Shown: positions 41,701 to 58,046 of the stretch, piece after piece
How positions within the stretch are numbered: the first letter of the stretch is position 1
How the letters are laid out: each line of letters starts with the position of its first letter
NCBI GenBank assembly: GCA_964016885.1
Contig: OZ024743.1
Coordinates: 29,140,001 to 29,204,000 of the forward strand
Length of the DNA: 64,000 bases
Origin: Eledone cirrhosa
Taxonomy: Eukaryota
Direction: 5' to 3'
The notes under the pieces: model-generated
What the model was told of the DNA's origin: nothing
The model's database searches: none
Seen by the model: the letters and a program-made list of their open reading frames with translations, nothing else
Program-made: the position numbers and the translations under genes

Positions 41701-42197
41701 CGTCTGACACAGCAGTTAGTGTTTGTGAATTACAAGTATGTTTATCTTATCTGTTTTTCTTTTTATTTCTGATCTTTAATATGTGTTGGCATAAAATTAT
41801 TTATGTGCTTTGAGAACTATACCAAAAGCGAATAATAGATACATTGTTTCCCATCTAAGACTGGCAGTTATTTTCCTAATAACTACAAGTAATAAGAAAC
41901 GTTGGATTACACTTCTAAAAATTAAATTGGAGTCAATATTTTTGTTTTTAGGCGCCAAAATTCTGCTCATCGGTAGTCGATAATGCCAAATTGCAGTAAA
42001 TCGTGGCGAAATGTCAATTTTAGCAATGTTATAATCAGGAAAAAAAGAGTATTAGTTGAAAATAGTTGCAAGGTAAATATGCTTCACATTTGGTCAAAGT
42101 TCTTCTTGATTAGGATTAACTTAAGCCTAAGATATAGAAACGACAACAACATCAATAACAAAAATATAAGTTTTATCGATGGAACACGGTTTATATG

Positions 42198-42250
<53 letters not shown>

Positions 42251-44845
42251 CATATAGATATATGAATTGTCGTTTTCTGGAAGCCACTACAATGCAGATG
42301 GATAAATCTCCGGGTAACAACATCGGGTGGCAGTAGGAAGAAGGGAGATAAAAGAAATGTAAAATGAAATGAAAACTAGAGATGAAGTTAACTTCACAAA
42401 CACTCGCAGTGGAGTTAGATGCACGGGGACTTTTTAAAGGTAATTTTGGATTAGGATCAAACCGACCACTTTGGTTTCATTGTTGTTGATATGGTTTTGT
42501 TTACCCCCCCCCCCCCCCCCAACTGCCGATATTAGTAGCTGAAAGCTATTAAATTATACACACAAATTATGACTGATACAACTAATTAAAATAATACCGC
42601 AGGGTTGGTAGTTCGACAATAATTACTAGAAGAATTTAAGTGGGGGTGGTGATTGAATCCTGATGAATTGCTAAATAACAATGGAACCTGTTGAATCAAT
42701 AATCTGCCACGTTGCCGCCGAAAACGTCCGGGCAGATTCAACATCACAGCGAAACTGATTATATATGAATATGACTGCGTATATTTGTTTATTCATAAGC
42801 TGCGCTGTATTAATACTCTAATAATTAGTGTCTACATAACTAACTGCATTGTTGTGACAACTTAATTACTACTCAGTTACTGGAATTGGAAAAGTTGAAA
42901 TATAACTAATATTCTTATTTGTTTTTATATCGATTAATCACAGGCACAACAGCAGTACCCATGACCATTTTAAAGGCTTCTGATGTTGGCGAGAGCGAGA
43001 TAAATTTTCATCGAACTGGAGACTTGTCTCTAATTCTTGCAACAGAGTAGCCTTTGCTAAAGGCATTAAAAAGCCAAGTGGTGGTGTTATATTTAGTTAT
43101 ATTAAAGTTACTGTCAAAGGAAGATACAGTGGGATTTAAATTCAGAACAAAAAGAGCAACAACAAATGCTAACGATTCCGACAGTCCATGGCCCTGATTT
43201 TAAATTATATTTATCAACTAGGGAAGGATGAAAGGCAAAGTTAACATTTGCAAGGTTTAAGCTTAGAACAAAAGGAACCGAAATAGATACTACAAGGCAT
43301 TTTGTTTGATTGACGGAATTTTGAAATGGGTTAAAAGACTGGCAGTTAATCATGAAAGAAAGAGCAATATACATTGCACTGCTTAATTATGTCTCTCTAT
43401 CTTTAATATTTAGCTGGAATAGATTTTGTGATTTACCATACTCTGGTCGATAAAACTATTGATTTGTTTTCCTCCTCTACAAAAGAAATTAGATTCTTAA
43501 TGAAAATATATCAAAAGGAAATCTCATTTTGGTTTCTTACACCCTTGGAAGTCTTTGTCGTTATTTAGCTCCAATTCAATACTGATCGAACAGACATATA
43601 ATGAAAGCTATTTTAGCCATGATCAACACGTCTTTTTGTATATATAGGACCATATGTCCAATGTGTTATATTTCTTTTAAGATGTGTTTTTCTTTTTTAA
43701 GAGCGTGATTTGAGTGAAATGTTGCTGCAATGTTTTGTATGTTGAAAAACCACGTAGACGTTCTTTTGTTAGCCAATCTTTCGTCAGTTGACATTTAAGC
43801 ATTTGTCGATTACGAAAATATTTTTATTTCTAAACATGTGAGAATGTAAGATGTTATAAATCTCCAAAAATGTTGAAAGTTTGGAAATATCAGATTTATT
43901 TCTTATCTGTTCCCTCGAAAATCAGGTGTTAAAGCAAAGTAGCAAGATTTAGCAGAATTAAAACAAGTTTCTGAATTTCAGAATCACAACGAGAAGTTGC
44001 AATATATCGAATGAGATTAGTGAATTGAACAAGATAGAAGTAAAACTAAGCTGTTAACAAATAAAAGATCACCGAGAACTTATCTCGCGCCCTTTGCTTT
44101 ATGTTGATATGTTTAAATGCCAAGAAATAAAGATTATAAATATGGATTATGAAATACATTCCATTTCTTTCTGACAAATATTTGTATTTATACTAATTCA
44201 AATGCATTAGTTTATAGCAATTTTAGCATACCTCTTTAGCAAGTTTATTGTTTATTGTTTATTGAGACAAAAACAACGACATGGTAAAAGAGCCATGATG
44301 CGTATTCAAAACACGTATGCCCTTAGAACCATCTGTAAAATCTTTGTAAATTACACGTTTATTTCACGACTACTTTGCTGCTGATCGAAACAACAGGAAT
44401 ACTCGCCGTCGAAAGCGACGGTGGTCCAACAACATAAATTATTAGTAAAGGCTCGGCAACTTTTGTTATTAACTGGATGTTTATTCTCGTTTACAGTAAG
44501 TTCCCTTCACTTACACATCGAATATATTCGAGCGTTTGTGTGATCACAGTAGCTACACAATCACGCCTAAATCACGCCATACTAACATAAAAACGAAAGA
44601 TAATACCGTTCTAGAACTACTGTATATGAAAAAGTAAATTGGTTCATCACTTGTGGTTCAAAGGTAGATATACAGCACCAGAGATGACTTCAGAGTAAAG
44701 AAGAAGAAGATTTTTAAAATAATTGGAACCGTGTATAAAAGCTTTTATCCTAAAAATCTTAGGTTAAACAAGACTGCCCCCCTCAAACAAGTGTTTCGGC
44801 ACTTAATACTTTACAATATATATATATATGGGAGCTTAATACTTT

Positions 44846-44904
<59 letters not shown>

Positions 44905-44906
<2 letters not shown>

Positions 44907-45410
44907 GAGCTTTTCTGCGGTAACTTTTTAATTACATGCTATGTAAGGCACTTAAAACATATCGACATCACTTCTGTTCTTCCTTGAACAGATCCAGCGG
45001 GAATTTCTCTCCTCTACTTTCGCCATTGCCTCTGTTTCATGGGTTTATAGAGAGATATGCCAACAAACCCTCTGACCCATTTGAACGAATAAAACAATAT
45101 ATATTAAAACACACACACACACACACACACATGTAAATACCTCAGGGACGGGGGAACAAGGTGGCAGTATGCTACTGTGTCCGTCTCTGGGTTAAAAACA
45201 TAAGCACACACTTTTTCCTCTTTGTCTTTACTTTGCTTGTTTCCTTAAAGTTTACCATCATTCCGTTGGTATACATCTATTACGCAATTTACACCTGATG
45301 AGGTCACTGGGTTCTCACCCAACCTGGCCACTAAAATGTGCATAGTGCTTGCAGTAATAAGAAATTAAGGAAATTCAACATATTTGGCCTCCTGTCATTT
45401 CACTTTATAA
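44905..45410 (+). mobile_element. Probable PLE 3' fragment between TA tracts with broken hammerhead
   Basis: SLNRSSG resembles the LNRxxG end of Penelope endonucleases. At 45295, CTGATGA ggtca-ctgggt..accca..tggcc forms stem II but GAAA is missing. Confidence 0.4.
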
Positions 45411-45712
45411 TATATATATACGAGGTGTGTTAGAAAAGGTAACAGTGAGCTGTGTGAGCAATGAGTGGGATAAGGACGAGCGGATTGCGTCACCATGTGA
45501 CGTAATATCCGGAGAGTATATGACTGCGATTTCAGCTCTCTGCAGTTATATACTCCCCGAGTACATTTTTGATTTGTGGTTACCCCGATCCCAGTACCAC
45601 AGACCCCCTTTCTCTCTCTCTCTCTGCCTCTCTCTCTCCTAACCCTAAATCTAACAACGAATATGAATAAATGAAGTTAATTTTAACTGTTAACTTACAC
45701 GTCTTGTTTATA

Positions 45713-46159
<447 letters not shown>

Positions 46160-46168
46160 AGAGAGAAA

Positions 46169-46229
<61 letters not shown>

Positions 46230-46627
46230 AACACTATTAGTAGAAAATAGTGACGTCTGCTACAAAAGAATTTTAGAATGAATTAGTCACATTGACAGAG
46301 TTCGTGTGACATACGGACAGATGAGGCCTCGGTTATAATATAGGATTACATTTTTCCCTAGACATAACGATTTAATAACTTGGTGAGAACAGATCTAATT
46401 TAGGTCTTAATTTAGTCTTGTTCCGTATGAGACCCAAACTGGTTCTTTCAAGCAATAACTTTTTATTCTTTCTTCTAGACATTCGAGAAAAACCTTGCTT
46501 CCTATTTCTGGTTCTGTTTGACGTTTCTTGTGGAGTTCTTGAACACTCCTAAAACAGACAGGATGATTAATCATATCTTTCTGTCGTATATAAGGAGAAT
46601 GTAAATTAAGTTGTTTCTTTTATGTAT

Positions 46628-46632
46628 ATGTA

Positions 46633-46665
<33 letters not shown>

Positions 46666-46695
46666 TGTATGTATGTATGTATGTATGTATGTATG

Positions 46696-46726
<31 letters not shown>

Positions 46727-46765
46727 GCATGCATATATACATAAACACATCTATACATCTACACA

Positions 46766-46803
<38 letters not shown>

Positions 46804-46890
46804 ACACACATATATATATATATACACGCACACATACACACATATATATATATACATATATGTATACCTATGTTTACATTCATCCATATA

Positions 46891-46935
<45 letters not shown>

Positions 46936-46998
46936 ACGCTTATATATATATATACATATATATATATATGTATATATATATGTATATATATATATATG

Positions 46999-47090
<92 letters not shown>

Positions 47091-47383
47091 AGCGCACACA
47101 TACACACACAGACACACACACACAGACCATATTCACATACATACATAGTTGAGTTCTACCAAGCGGAACAAAATAAAAATAAAAATAAAAATAAAAATAA
47201 AAATAAAAATAAAAATAAAAATAAAAATAAAAATATAAAAATAAAACAAATTAGTATAAGAAACAGATAAATAATAAACGAATGAACGGATGAAAGAAAT
47301 TTCCTTACCATATTTCCGCCAACTTTCTGTATTATCAAAGAAACAATCTCCCCACGGCTATATATATATATATATATATATAC

Positions 47384-47457
<74 letters not shown>

Positions 47458-47475
47458 ACATATATATATATATAC

Positions 47476-47572
<97 letters not shown>

Positions 47573-47749
47573 TGTATGTATATATATATATATTTATATA
47601 TATATATATATATACAAACATACATACAAACACACAGACACATACACATATACATATCCTTATGCGTGTGTGTATATATATATATATATATATGTACATA
47701 TGCATACACGTATATGAGTATATGTATGTATAAGTATATGTGAGCATAA

Positions 47750-47780
<31 letters not shown>

Positions 47781-47819
47781 CATATATATACATATATATA
47801 TATATACATACATATATAT

Positions 47820-47852
<33 letters not shown>

Positions 47853-47853
47853 A

Positions 47854-47895
<42 letters not shown>

Positions 47896-47906
47896 TTATA
47901 TATATA

Positions 47907-47959
<53 letters not shown>

Positions 47960-47964
47960 GTCTG

Positions 47965-48000
<36 letters not shown>
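46628..48000. repeat. Compound TATG/CA/TA microsatellite field with (AAAAAT)n at ~47170-47240
   Basis: Direct inspection. Confidence 0.95.
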
Positions 48001-48002
<2 letters not shown>

Positions 48003-48239
48003 CGTAAAAACAAACAAAACGATAACAACAACAGCAAACACCAATAATCAAATGAAAATAGCCAACAACGGATACGAAATCTTTATCGATCCCAATGTTT
48101 AGTTCTGATTTGATCCGCTTTTAAGTTTTTCTAGGTTTCATTCATCCGAATTTCGTTTGAGTCGTTACTAACATTTATTACCGTCTCTTTTACTATTTTT
48201 ACTAGTTATTATCATTGTTTGCTGATGTTGACCAATACT

Positions 48240-48451
48240 ACTACGACGATGATGATGATGATGGGGATGACGATGTTGATGACGATGATGATGACGATGA
48301 AGATGACGATGATGATGACGATGATGATGATGATGTTGGTGATGAGGATGAAGACGATGACGATGATAATGTTGATGATGATGTTGATGATTGATGATGA
48401 TGGGGGATGACAATGATGATGACGATGATGATGATTTTCATGATCACGGCA

Positions 48452-48528
<77 letters not shown>

Positions 48529-48610
48529 GAAAATCCTGCTGCTGATGATGGCGATAATGATAATGTTGATGAAGTTGATGCTACTGTTGATGGTGAGGAT
48601 GATAATGTCT
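48240..48610. repeat. (GAT)n/(CAT)n trinucleotide region
   Basis: Degenerate GAT repeats switching to CAT at ~48491. Confidence 0.93.
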
Positions 48611-49415
48611 ATAATTTCCAGCCTTCCTCTTCTCTGGAATGATGCAATTTTTCTAAAGACATTGACAGAAGGCCTATAAGAATTGTCATTGGAATATTAA
48701 AAATAGTTAAATAGTTTATGTAAATATTCTTATGACATATTCATAAAATGCCTTGTAAATATTTTCTTAATCTTGACCTAAATACGTTTTGGTAAACTTT
48801 GTTAAAATATTGTTTTGTTTTCTGTTAAAAAAAAGGATATGAACTGATCACCAGATGGAACTAAGAAAACAATACCTCCAATTGTCTTTCTATTATCTGC
48901 TGGACAGAATTATCTGCCCTGGTAGAAGAAGCAATGTGAAATAATTTATTTTACTCATGAACACAACGTAATACATAATGTAGGAATCTAGGAACCTTAT
49001 AGCTATTAGGTCACGAACCTAGTTAACTGTAAAATCATTTATGCATGTTTACCATGATGTTCCAAATTATTGTTGGAAGAATGTATACTCTTGATGACTT
49101 TTCAAGCCATGAAATAATAAAAGTAACGATGATAATATAAAGGACAGCACGGAAAGAAAAGATACAACATAAAGTTTATATCGTGGCGTGCAATTCTACA
49201 GTCTTGATAGACAATGAATACGCCTTACGTACCATTTAGTTATTCGTTTGAAGCTGCTGTCCTCGCCGTCACTCTTCAGACTTTTTTCATGTGTGCCCTC
49301 CTTCAGGTGACAAAGAGATGAATAGCATCCGCAGAGAAATTCTGATTGACGACGTGAATCGTCTGGTTCGACCGGATAATTGTATGTTTTCTTTGTTATT
49401 TCTGATCGCCTTTTG

Positions 49416-49717
<302 letters not shown>

Positions 49718-50869
49718 ACAATGTAAAGAGAGACGAAAACAGATATATGCCTATGTGTTCAAATCATATCTATCTATCTATCTATCTATTGTATATATAT
49801 TCATAAATTGTAGGCTTCTCAGCGATGGGTAGCTGTAAACAGCTGATTAATGTATAGTAAAAGGTCGGGTTAAGATATAACCATATATTGAGCGAAGGAA
49901 CGGAGTGAGGGGAGAAAGGAAGAAAGAGAGTCTAAAGTATGGGATGAAAAATAAGAGGGGTATAGAGAGAGAGAAGAGAAGAGAAGAAGAGAAGAGAAGA
50001 TAAAAGAAGAGAAGAGAAGAGAAAAGCGGGAATGAGATCGATGGAGCAGAACCTTTGGAGAATTGCGAAAAATTAATAAAAAATAATGGAAAAGAAAGTA
50101 AACTAACAAGAAGAATAAAACTTTAGGGTCACATGAACTCATCAAAAACATATAAATTGTGAAAGAATGATTGTACTCAATAACATCTTTAACTATTCAT
50201 ACCAACGCTACCAATCCCACAAGATTTCTAGAATTACTTATTAAAATTACTAATCCACCTATTACTTCTATATCGGAGCATGGATTCAAAACCTTACCAG
50301 AATTTACTTAAAAATAAATGTGTCAACGAGGGAATATCGATGTGGTGGTTCGAACTTCTAAAATAGATACCAAATCTTCCTAAAACTACACTTTATATTC
50401 CATATATGAAAATGTATTATTAAATACTGTATAGACTTAGACATGCCACTAAACTATTGGATGTCGCAGAAGGCATAGGACTACATGATCAGAATTAACT
50501 TGGAGCTAAACACCAACATAAAAAAATGCATAAAAAAATGGATTCCACAATGAATCTAGTAAAGGAAAACACTGCACGACAGAGTCCAATGCGTGGTTCT
50601 ATAGTAAGCAGAGAAATGTTGTGTTAAGAATTACATCTAGTCATTAAGCAAGTCGCTTATGTCTAATCAGGAATAGCCTGTGATAAAAAAAAGACAAAAA
50701 CAATTGCAGCAACAGCACCACCATCAGCAGTATTACTTATCATGACTGGCACCAGTACTCCTATGCACCCATCGAAAAAAAACCAAACTACAACAACAAC
50801 AACATTCACAGCAACAGAAACAACAACCACAGCAACAAGTGATACTCCATCGTTTACGACAACTAGTAT

Positions 50870-51150
50870 TCCTGTTGATACGATCAACGGAACAGCCTGC
50901 TCGTGAAATTAACGTGCTAAATAGCTGAGCATTTCACAAACACGTGTACCTTTAACGTAGTTCTCAGGGAGATTCAGCATGACACAGAGTGTGACAAGGC
51001 ATACCCTTCGATTTACAGTTACAACTCGTTTTTACCAGATGAGAGGACTGGAGTAACGTGAAATAAAGTGTCTAGCTCAATGAGAAAACGCGACACCAAG
51101 AATCGAACTCACGATTTTACAATCAGGAAGGAGCCTAACCACAAAGCCAA
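50870..51150 (-). mobile_element. Family B SINE, near full length
   Basis: GATCAACGGAACAGCCTGCTCGTGAAATTAACGTG...AACGTGAAATAAAGTGTCTAGCTCAA...GAATCGAACTCACGA...CTAACCAC. Confidence 0.78.
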
Positions 51151-51861
51151 AAGTATCAGCAAACAAACAATACGACAGTATTTGAAAAACTATCATAGGT
51201 TATACATAGTTGGATTATTTTCAGATTTCCTTAACGGAAATGTTTGCTTAGATATATGTAATGATTCAGCACTTCTCTACGTTCATAGATCATTCTAGCG
51301 TATTCTGGTGCATTCTAGAATAAATATTGTAAATGGAAATTGAGAATTTTTCAAAAGTCTGTTGATATTAACAAAGTTCAGAATGATAATAAAGGAAATT
51401 GGGTCAAATCGACTGTAAATTACAGGATTCAGTAGTATTTTTAGATATTTGATGGAATTATCCAGGATATATACTGTGGTCACACGTCTTGGATTAGTAA
51501 TAAAATGCCACACAAAAACATATTGATTATTGGTGTAATATAATATGGAGTTATAAAAAAGAAGAAGGGTTGGATACAACTAGGCTAAAGTAATAATGCA
51601 TTGTTTATGCGTACGCATCTATCTAGCATTGTAATTATTGTTAAAAAAATATTTCCCTTTCCTTAGTCATTGGTCTGTGGCTATGATGAATACGTTACAT
51701 TCACGCATACAATCAATTATACCAATATGACTACTTGAGTGGTACTAATTTTCTCAACTTTTTAAGAGGGATAGGCAAAGTGAACCCAGAGGGATTTGAA
51801 TTAAGATTATATGTATATATATATGTGTGTGTGTGTGTGTATGTATATATATATATATGTA

Positions 51862-51936
<75 letters not shown>

Positions 51937-52533
51937 CGTGTGTGTGTGTTAATGTAAACTTAAGGTTATATTCGTTTTGTGATCGGACGGAATATCACGG
52001 ATAATTAGATATATTTTTACAGACATGTAAAAGTGAACCAAAAATGCTTTGAATAGTAAGTAATACGCTTTGTCAGAGTAACGAAAAAATAGATAAGAGT
52101 AATGTATGTCTATAGCAGAGTAGTGGTGGAGGTGGGGAGAAAAGATAAGGAAGTAACAATTCTTGGTGTAGAGACTTGTGCATGTGTGTGGTGTAAGGGA
52201 GTAGAGGGAATTTGGTTATTAGTAAGTACTAGATTGTATTTACACATGAGCCTAAACATATATGTGTACTTATATTTTACAGCGAATTGGATTAGTGGTT
52301 GCCATTGTATACTCTCGGGTCCCAAATAATAAGGGGGGGGGGATATGCGGTGGGTGGGGTGGACATTTGCTTAAATTATTATAAGCAGGGGTGGGGTGGA
52401 CTAAATGGGGGAAGAGGGAGGAAGAATCGGTCATTGTATATTATACGTTCGTAAATAGGGGATTTCTTGTAATGATCTTTTTGTTTGTCATATATAATGT
52501 TTATTAATGTAAAATAACATTATTTTTTGATTT

Positions 52534-52721
52534 GGTGGATTGGCAGTATCGGTAGAGGGTCTGACGCCATGCTTTGCAGCAAAGAGTTACGCCCCTTTAT
52601 GGTTTGAGTTAAAATCCCGCTGAGGTTAACTTTGCCATTCATCCTTACGGGGTCGATAAAATAAAGTACCAGTAATGTACTGAGTAATTGCTGGCCTTGT
52701 GCCAATAGTAGAAACAATTAT
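52534..52721 (+). mobile_element. Family A SINE
   Basis: Full consensus with A box TGGCAGTATCGG. Confidence 0.85.
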
Positions 52722-53199
52722 TAGATTCTCCAGTATCAATATGAATCACTTACAATACAATTTCGCCGGAGACAGATTAGCAAAATTTAATCGGGGGGAT
52801 TGGAAAAAAATCTGAAAAATTAATAAGCGGAGGTGGGGGATGATAATTCAAGACCTAGGAATACCTGAAACATGAGAGTTCTGATGTGTTCGAAAGAATC
52901 AGCAGGAAATAAACGCAAATGTTCCAGTTGGAACTGAGTATGACATAGTACCATGTACCATGATTTCGCTGTTGGTTTTAGTTGGCAATGCATTTACAAG
53001 CTGACACAATCATCCTCTCGAATCTCATCTTTTTGATCCAGTGGAACATCCAGGATGGAACAGCTAGAAAAAGAGAGAGAAGCACCATATCTTAGCTTAT
53101 ACTTTCTTCATCGACATCTACAATCTTATCGCTGACCCAATTCCAGAGCCAGCAATTAATATAGGCTGGATATTGTTCTGCACGGGAGTGTATTTTAGG

Positions 53200-53660
53200 G
53201 GTGGCTCTCGGCCGCGATTATTGATTTTCTTTTATGTACCAGCCGCAACCTGGGGCAGTCTGCGACTAACCCAGGTTCTGCTGCATGTCCGGCTGAGGAG
53301 GCCAAACTCTTCAAATACCGGTCGCTGTCCGACAGGTTTGCGGTTGTACCCGCGGCAGTGGAGACTTCTGATGTCCTCGGCCCTAGGTCTACCTCCCTAC
53401 TCACCACCATAGGTGCTGAGCTAGCCAGCCGCATGTGTGAGCATCGCCGGCTGGAGTGGCTTTTCCAGTGCGTCTCCCTTGCCGTCCTCCGGGGAAACGG
53501 CTTCTCCATTGTGTCCGCCGGGGCTGTGGGTGGGCCACCAATATGATTTTATCAGTCAGATGTTTTAAACATTTTTTGTATATGGTAGGTTTGTTCGAGT
53601 TTAGGTGTATGGTCGTTGTTTGTTGGGATTTTAGATAGCTTTAGATTGGAGTAATTTTGT
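53200..53660 (+). mobile_element. CRE-clade non-LTR retrotransposon 3' end (RLE C-terminus plus 3' UTR)
   Basis: KYRSLSDRFAVVPAAVETSDVLGPRSTSLLTTIG...EWLFQCVSLAVLRGNGFSI matches the characteristic F.P.A.ET.G..G...QR.S.A..RGN pattern. Confidence 0.8.
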
Positions 53661-53984
53661 CTGCGTTTATGATAGGGTATATACCAGATATGTTAATATA
53701 CGTACATTCTCACATATATCCAAGCTTAAATACTACTACGATCGAATTGCCATTTCGATTAGCTGACTTTGGCATTGGATATAATATCGAATTTATTGAC
53801 AATACTTTTTAACTAGTCAATACAATTCAGTATTTTATCTGCCGCTTATTGATTAGATGGTTTAAAATACCAAAAATGTTTGCAGCAAGATTATACGTAC
53901 TTTGCGAACTCGAAACACACATATAAACACACGTACAGGCAAAGATATATGCACACATGCCATACACATACACTCAAAATATGT

Positions 53985-54770
<786 letters not shown>

Positions 54771-55849
54771 GATATGTACGGGAATTATTCAAACTTGGAG
54801 AATTTTTAATATAGTTTCTCAATGTATTATTATAATTCTCAATTTGAAGTTCTTGTCATTACCATACAAGATATTAATAAGATATATTTATTAAGTTCTG
54901 AACAAAGTATTTTCATGAAATCATTTAAAACTTGACACAAACAACTACACACACACGAACGCACACACACACACACACGCACACACACACAGATAGACAC
55001 ATACACTCATATATCTGTATATAGATATACATATATGTATGTACATGTATTATGTGTGTGTGTATATCAATGATGATAATAATCATTTAATAAAGAAACG
55101 CAACAAAACCTATCTGAATATCTATAACAAAGAAAAAAATACCCAAACCTTATAAAATATTCTATCATGGCCATATACGAAAACATTATTCAAAATCCAT
55201 CTCCAAATAAGTTATTCCTTTCATCGCATTCAATCTACACATAGTTGGATAGGGTGAATGTTGTATTTGAAGGCGAGCATTTTCATTGAAACCTGTTTGA
55301 GGAAGCTATTTTCTGCATACAGTGGAGAATGGCGTTACTGACCCCTGAGAGTTGTTCTGTGTAATAATTCAAATATATTGTCAAGAATCCGATGAGACTA
55401 GCTGTCGTCTGTTTCAATGAAAGAGTCAATATAATAGTATTTCATCCGATAAAGAGCTGAGCCTAAACTATTCGATATTTATTTTCTTCACAACGAATAT
55501 ATCCAGTTATTTCCTCTCCTCGGTATTTGCTATTTACTTTCTTCATGTCGCGTATATCCAGTTATTTACTTTCCTTGGTACTTACTATTTACATTCTTCT
55601 GTACTAGAGAATATCTGTTGGAATGTTTTCTCCTATCTTTAGTAATGTTATGAAGGTTGGTTAACAAGAAGTTAGATTAACAAGTTGCAGACATATCCGA
55701 ACGTCCAGCTTTTGGCGAGGCATCTTATATAAGAAATATACTACCAGTTGTTCGTTAATTCCAAGTTTCGACGTTAGTAGCGGAAACAAACGTAGGAAGT
55801 AATGCAAAAAAAATATATGCTTCTTAATATGTTGATACATGTACAGCTA

Positions 55850-56190
55850 TGGCGGCGAATTGGCAGAGTCGTTAGTATGTCGGATAGAATGCTTATCGTA
55901 TTCGTTCCGGCTTTCTGTTCTCTGATTTCAAATCCCGCCGAAATCAACTTTGCCTTTCATCCTTTCGAGGTCGATAAAAAAAGTACCAGTGTAGTACTGG
56001 AGTCGATACTTCTTCTATATCTCTTTCTCATTTCCACTCTCTTATTTTCTATCTTTCTCTGGAAGAAATATGCTGTACTAAGGCCTGGAGAGAGATGGGC
56101 TCCGCCAGGCTTAAAATGCCCAAGAAACTGCCTATGTCAATACGGCGCCCCTACGATTCCATCGGGAGATACGGGACCATACATACATAC
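55850..56190 (+). mobile_element. Family A-related SINE with extended 3' module
   Basis: TGGCAGAGTCG A box, GATTTCAAATCCCGCC B box, family A body, then a ~150-bp module ending in (CATA)n. Confidence 0.75.
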
Positions 56191-56906
56191 TTACATATTT
56201 ACAGCTAAGCATGCTTAATCAGTCATTTTCCTGTTTCAACCAAGAGCAACACAATAGAGATGAGATAGCTGAATGGATAAGTTATTGCACTACCTATTTA
56301 TGTATCATGAGTTCAAATCTGCAACAGAATGCTAATGCGTTCTTAGCAAAACGCTCCCCTCTATAATTAATCATTTCACTTAGCAATTGCTGGAACCGAT
56401 ATCAGATATGCATAGTCGAGTTACAAGCGATAAACAAGCATCATATCTTGAGGATTATTTATTTACATTCCATCCGCTTGAAAGCTAAACAATATCCCAT
56501 ATATTCCCTTTGAGGTTTATGGAAAATTTGTATTACAAAAACAAGGCATGGTTCAGTTTTCAAGCAAATGTATTTATTTATGCCATCGGCGTTGGTTGAT
56601 TTGACATTTCAAAATAGAACTCTCTAGATTATAATTGTTACCTATAAATACACAAATACCCGTCTGGTATACTGGGAATATCGGATAATTTTGATTTAAT
56701 CTCCAAATAAATAAATATATTTTCATTCAACATTTCCAGATGGCCATGACTTCAGTGAAAGACGAAATTTTCTAGACGCTAATTGGAGCAGATACAAGAA
56801 TATATTCACATTCATCACTGAGTAGTATCGTCCGGAAAACACACGCACACACACGCACATACACACACACACACAAATACGCACACACACGCACACACAC
56901 ACACAC

Positions 56907-56975
<69 letters not shown>

Positions 56976-57032
56976 CACAGACACACGCACCCCCACACCC
57001 TCACACTCTTTATCTCTTTCTCACAAACACAC

Positions 57033-57073
<41 letters not shown>

Positions 57074-57102
57074 TAGACAGATATAGGTTATTTTATAGGG
57101 TA

Positions 57103-58046
57103 CTAGCAGTAAAGCCCGGCGTTGCTCGGGGTCGCTCAGTAGCTGTGTTAAAGTTACAATGTTAAGTTTCTTTCTTGGCTTAAAAACTGTAGTGTCTACT
57201 GTGCAGACTTGCATGTGGTGTTTTTGATTAATATTCCCTCAACCAACAATATGCCTTATGAAGTTAAGAAAACATAACGATAACCCGAATGTTATAACAA
57301 AAGAGGATGCTGGGGATAGAAACTGCACTGGTTATTTATTAACAAAGATCGAAAATGTAAACACTGCAACGCAGAGAAAAACATTAGCGTAACCAAATTA
57401 TCAGTTATGTCTGTCTGCACGCCTATATCACCTCTCTGCACGACTGTCTGTCTGCACGCCTATATCACCTCTCTGCACGACTGTCTGCCTGCACGCCTAT
57501 ATCACCTCTCTGCACGACTGTCTGTCTGCACGCCTATATCACCTCTCTGCACGACTATCTGTCTGCACGCGTATATCACCTCTCTGCACGACTGTCTGTC
57601 TGCACGACTGTCTGTCTGCACGCCTAACGACGAAATATTTGCTTGTTTTACGTAGTCTTTAAATAGACTTGTTTTCAAGTAAAAATATTGTTTTAAAATG
57701 CTTTTAAATGGAAATGAAGCAAAACGGAAGCTTAGTGTTCAACTGTTCGTGTATTGTGTTAATGTCATTTTAAACGCTGAGAAAGCCAGCGTAATTTTTT
57801 ACGTAAGACGCTCAATGTAAACAGAACAAAGGGAAATAACTGATCACTTACGCTCAAAAATCGATACATTATATTCGATTTCGTCACATAGGGTGGGTCA
57901 ATTTGAAATATTACTTTTCCGATGTCTTCGCTAGGGCTCAATGTACAAGTATAGCAATTTCGGTACAATTCCGTCAGAGATTCTAAGAGGAGATGTGTGC
58001 CAAAAATCGATAGACAGACAGACAACCACAGTTTTATATATATAGA
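57103..58046 (-). mobile_element. Complete non-autonomous Helitron
   Basis: Minus strand begins TCTATATATATAAAAC...(GTCT)n and ends with hairpin CCCGAGC-AAC-GCCGGG, 8 nt, then CTAG. Inserted between A and T with no target-site duplication. Confidence 0.85.
57408..57625. repeat. 37-bp minisatellite, ~5 copies plus partial units
   Basis: Unit TGTCTGTCTGCACGCCTATATCACCTCTCTGCACGAC repeated head-to-tail with no spacers. Confidence 0.92.

Noticed and set aside
49245-49310. Minus-strand CTGAAGA/CTGAAGG hammerhead candidates
   Set aside because: No properly placed GAAA or stems.
52308-52863. MITE with degenerate terminal inverted repeats around a SINE
   Set aside because: Putative terminal repeats have too many mismatches to support confidently.
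57408-57625. CRISPR-like 37-bp repeats
   Set aside because: No unique spacers, no cas genes, eukaryotic context; a minisatellite in a Helitron.
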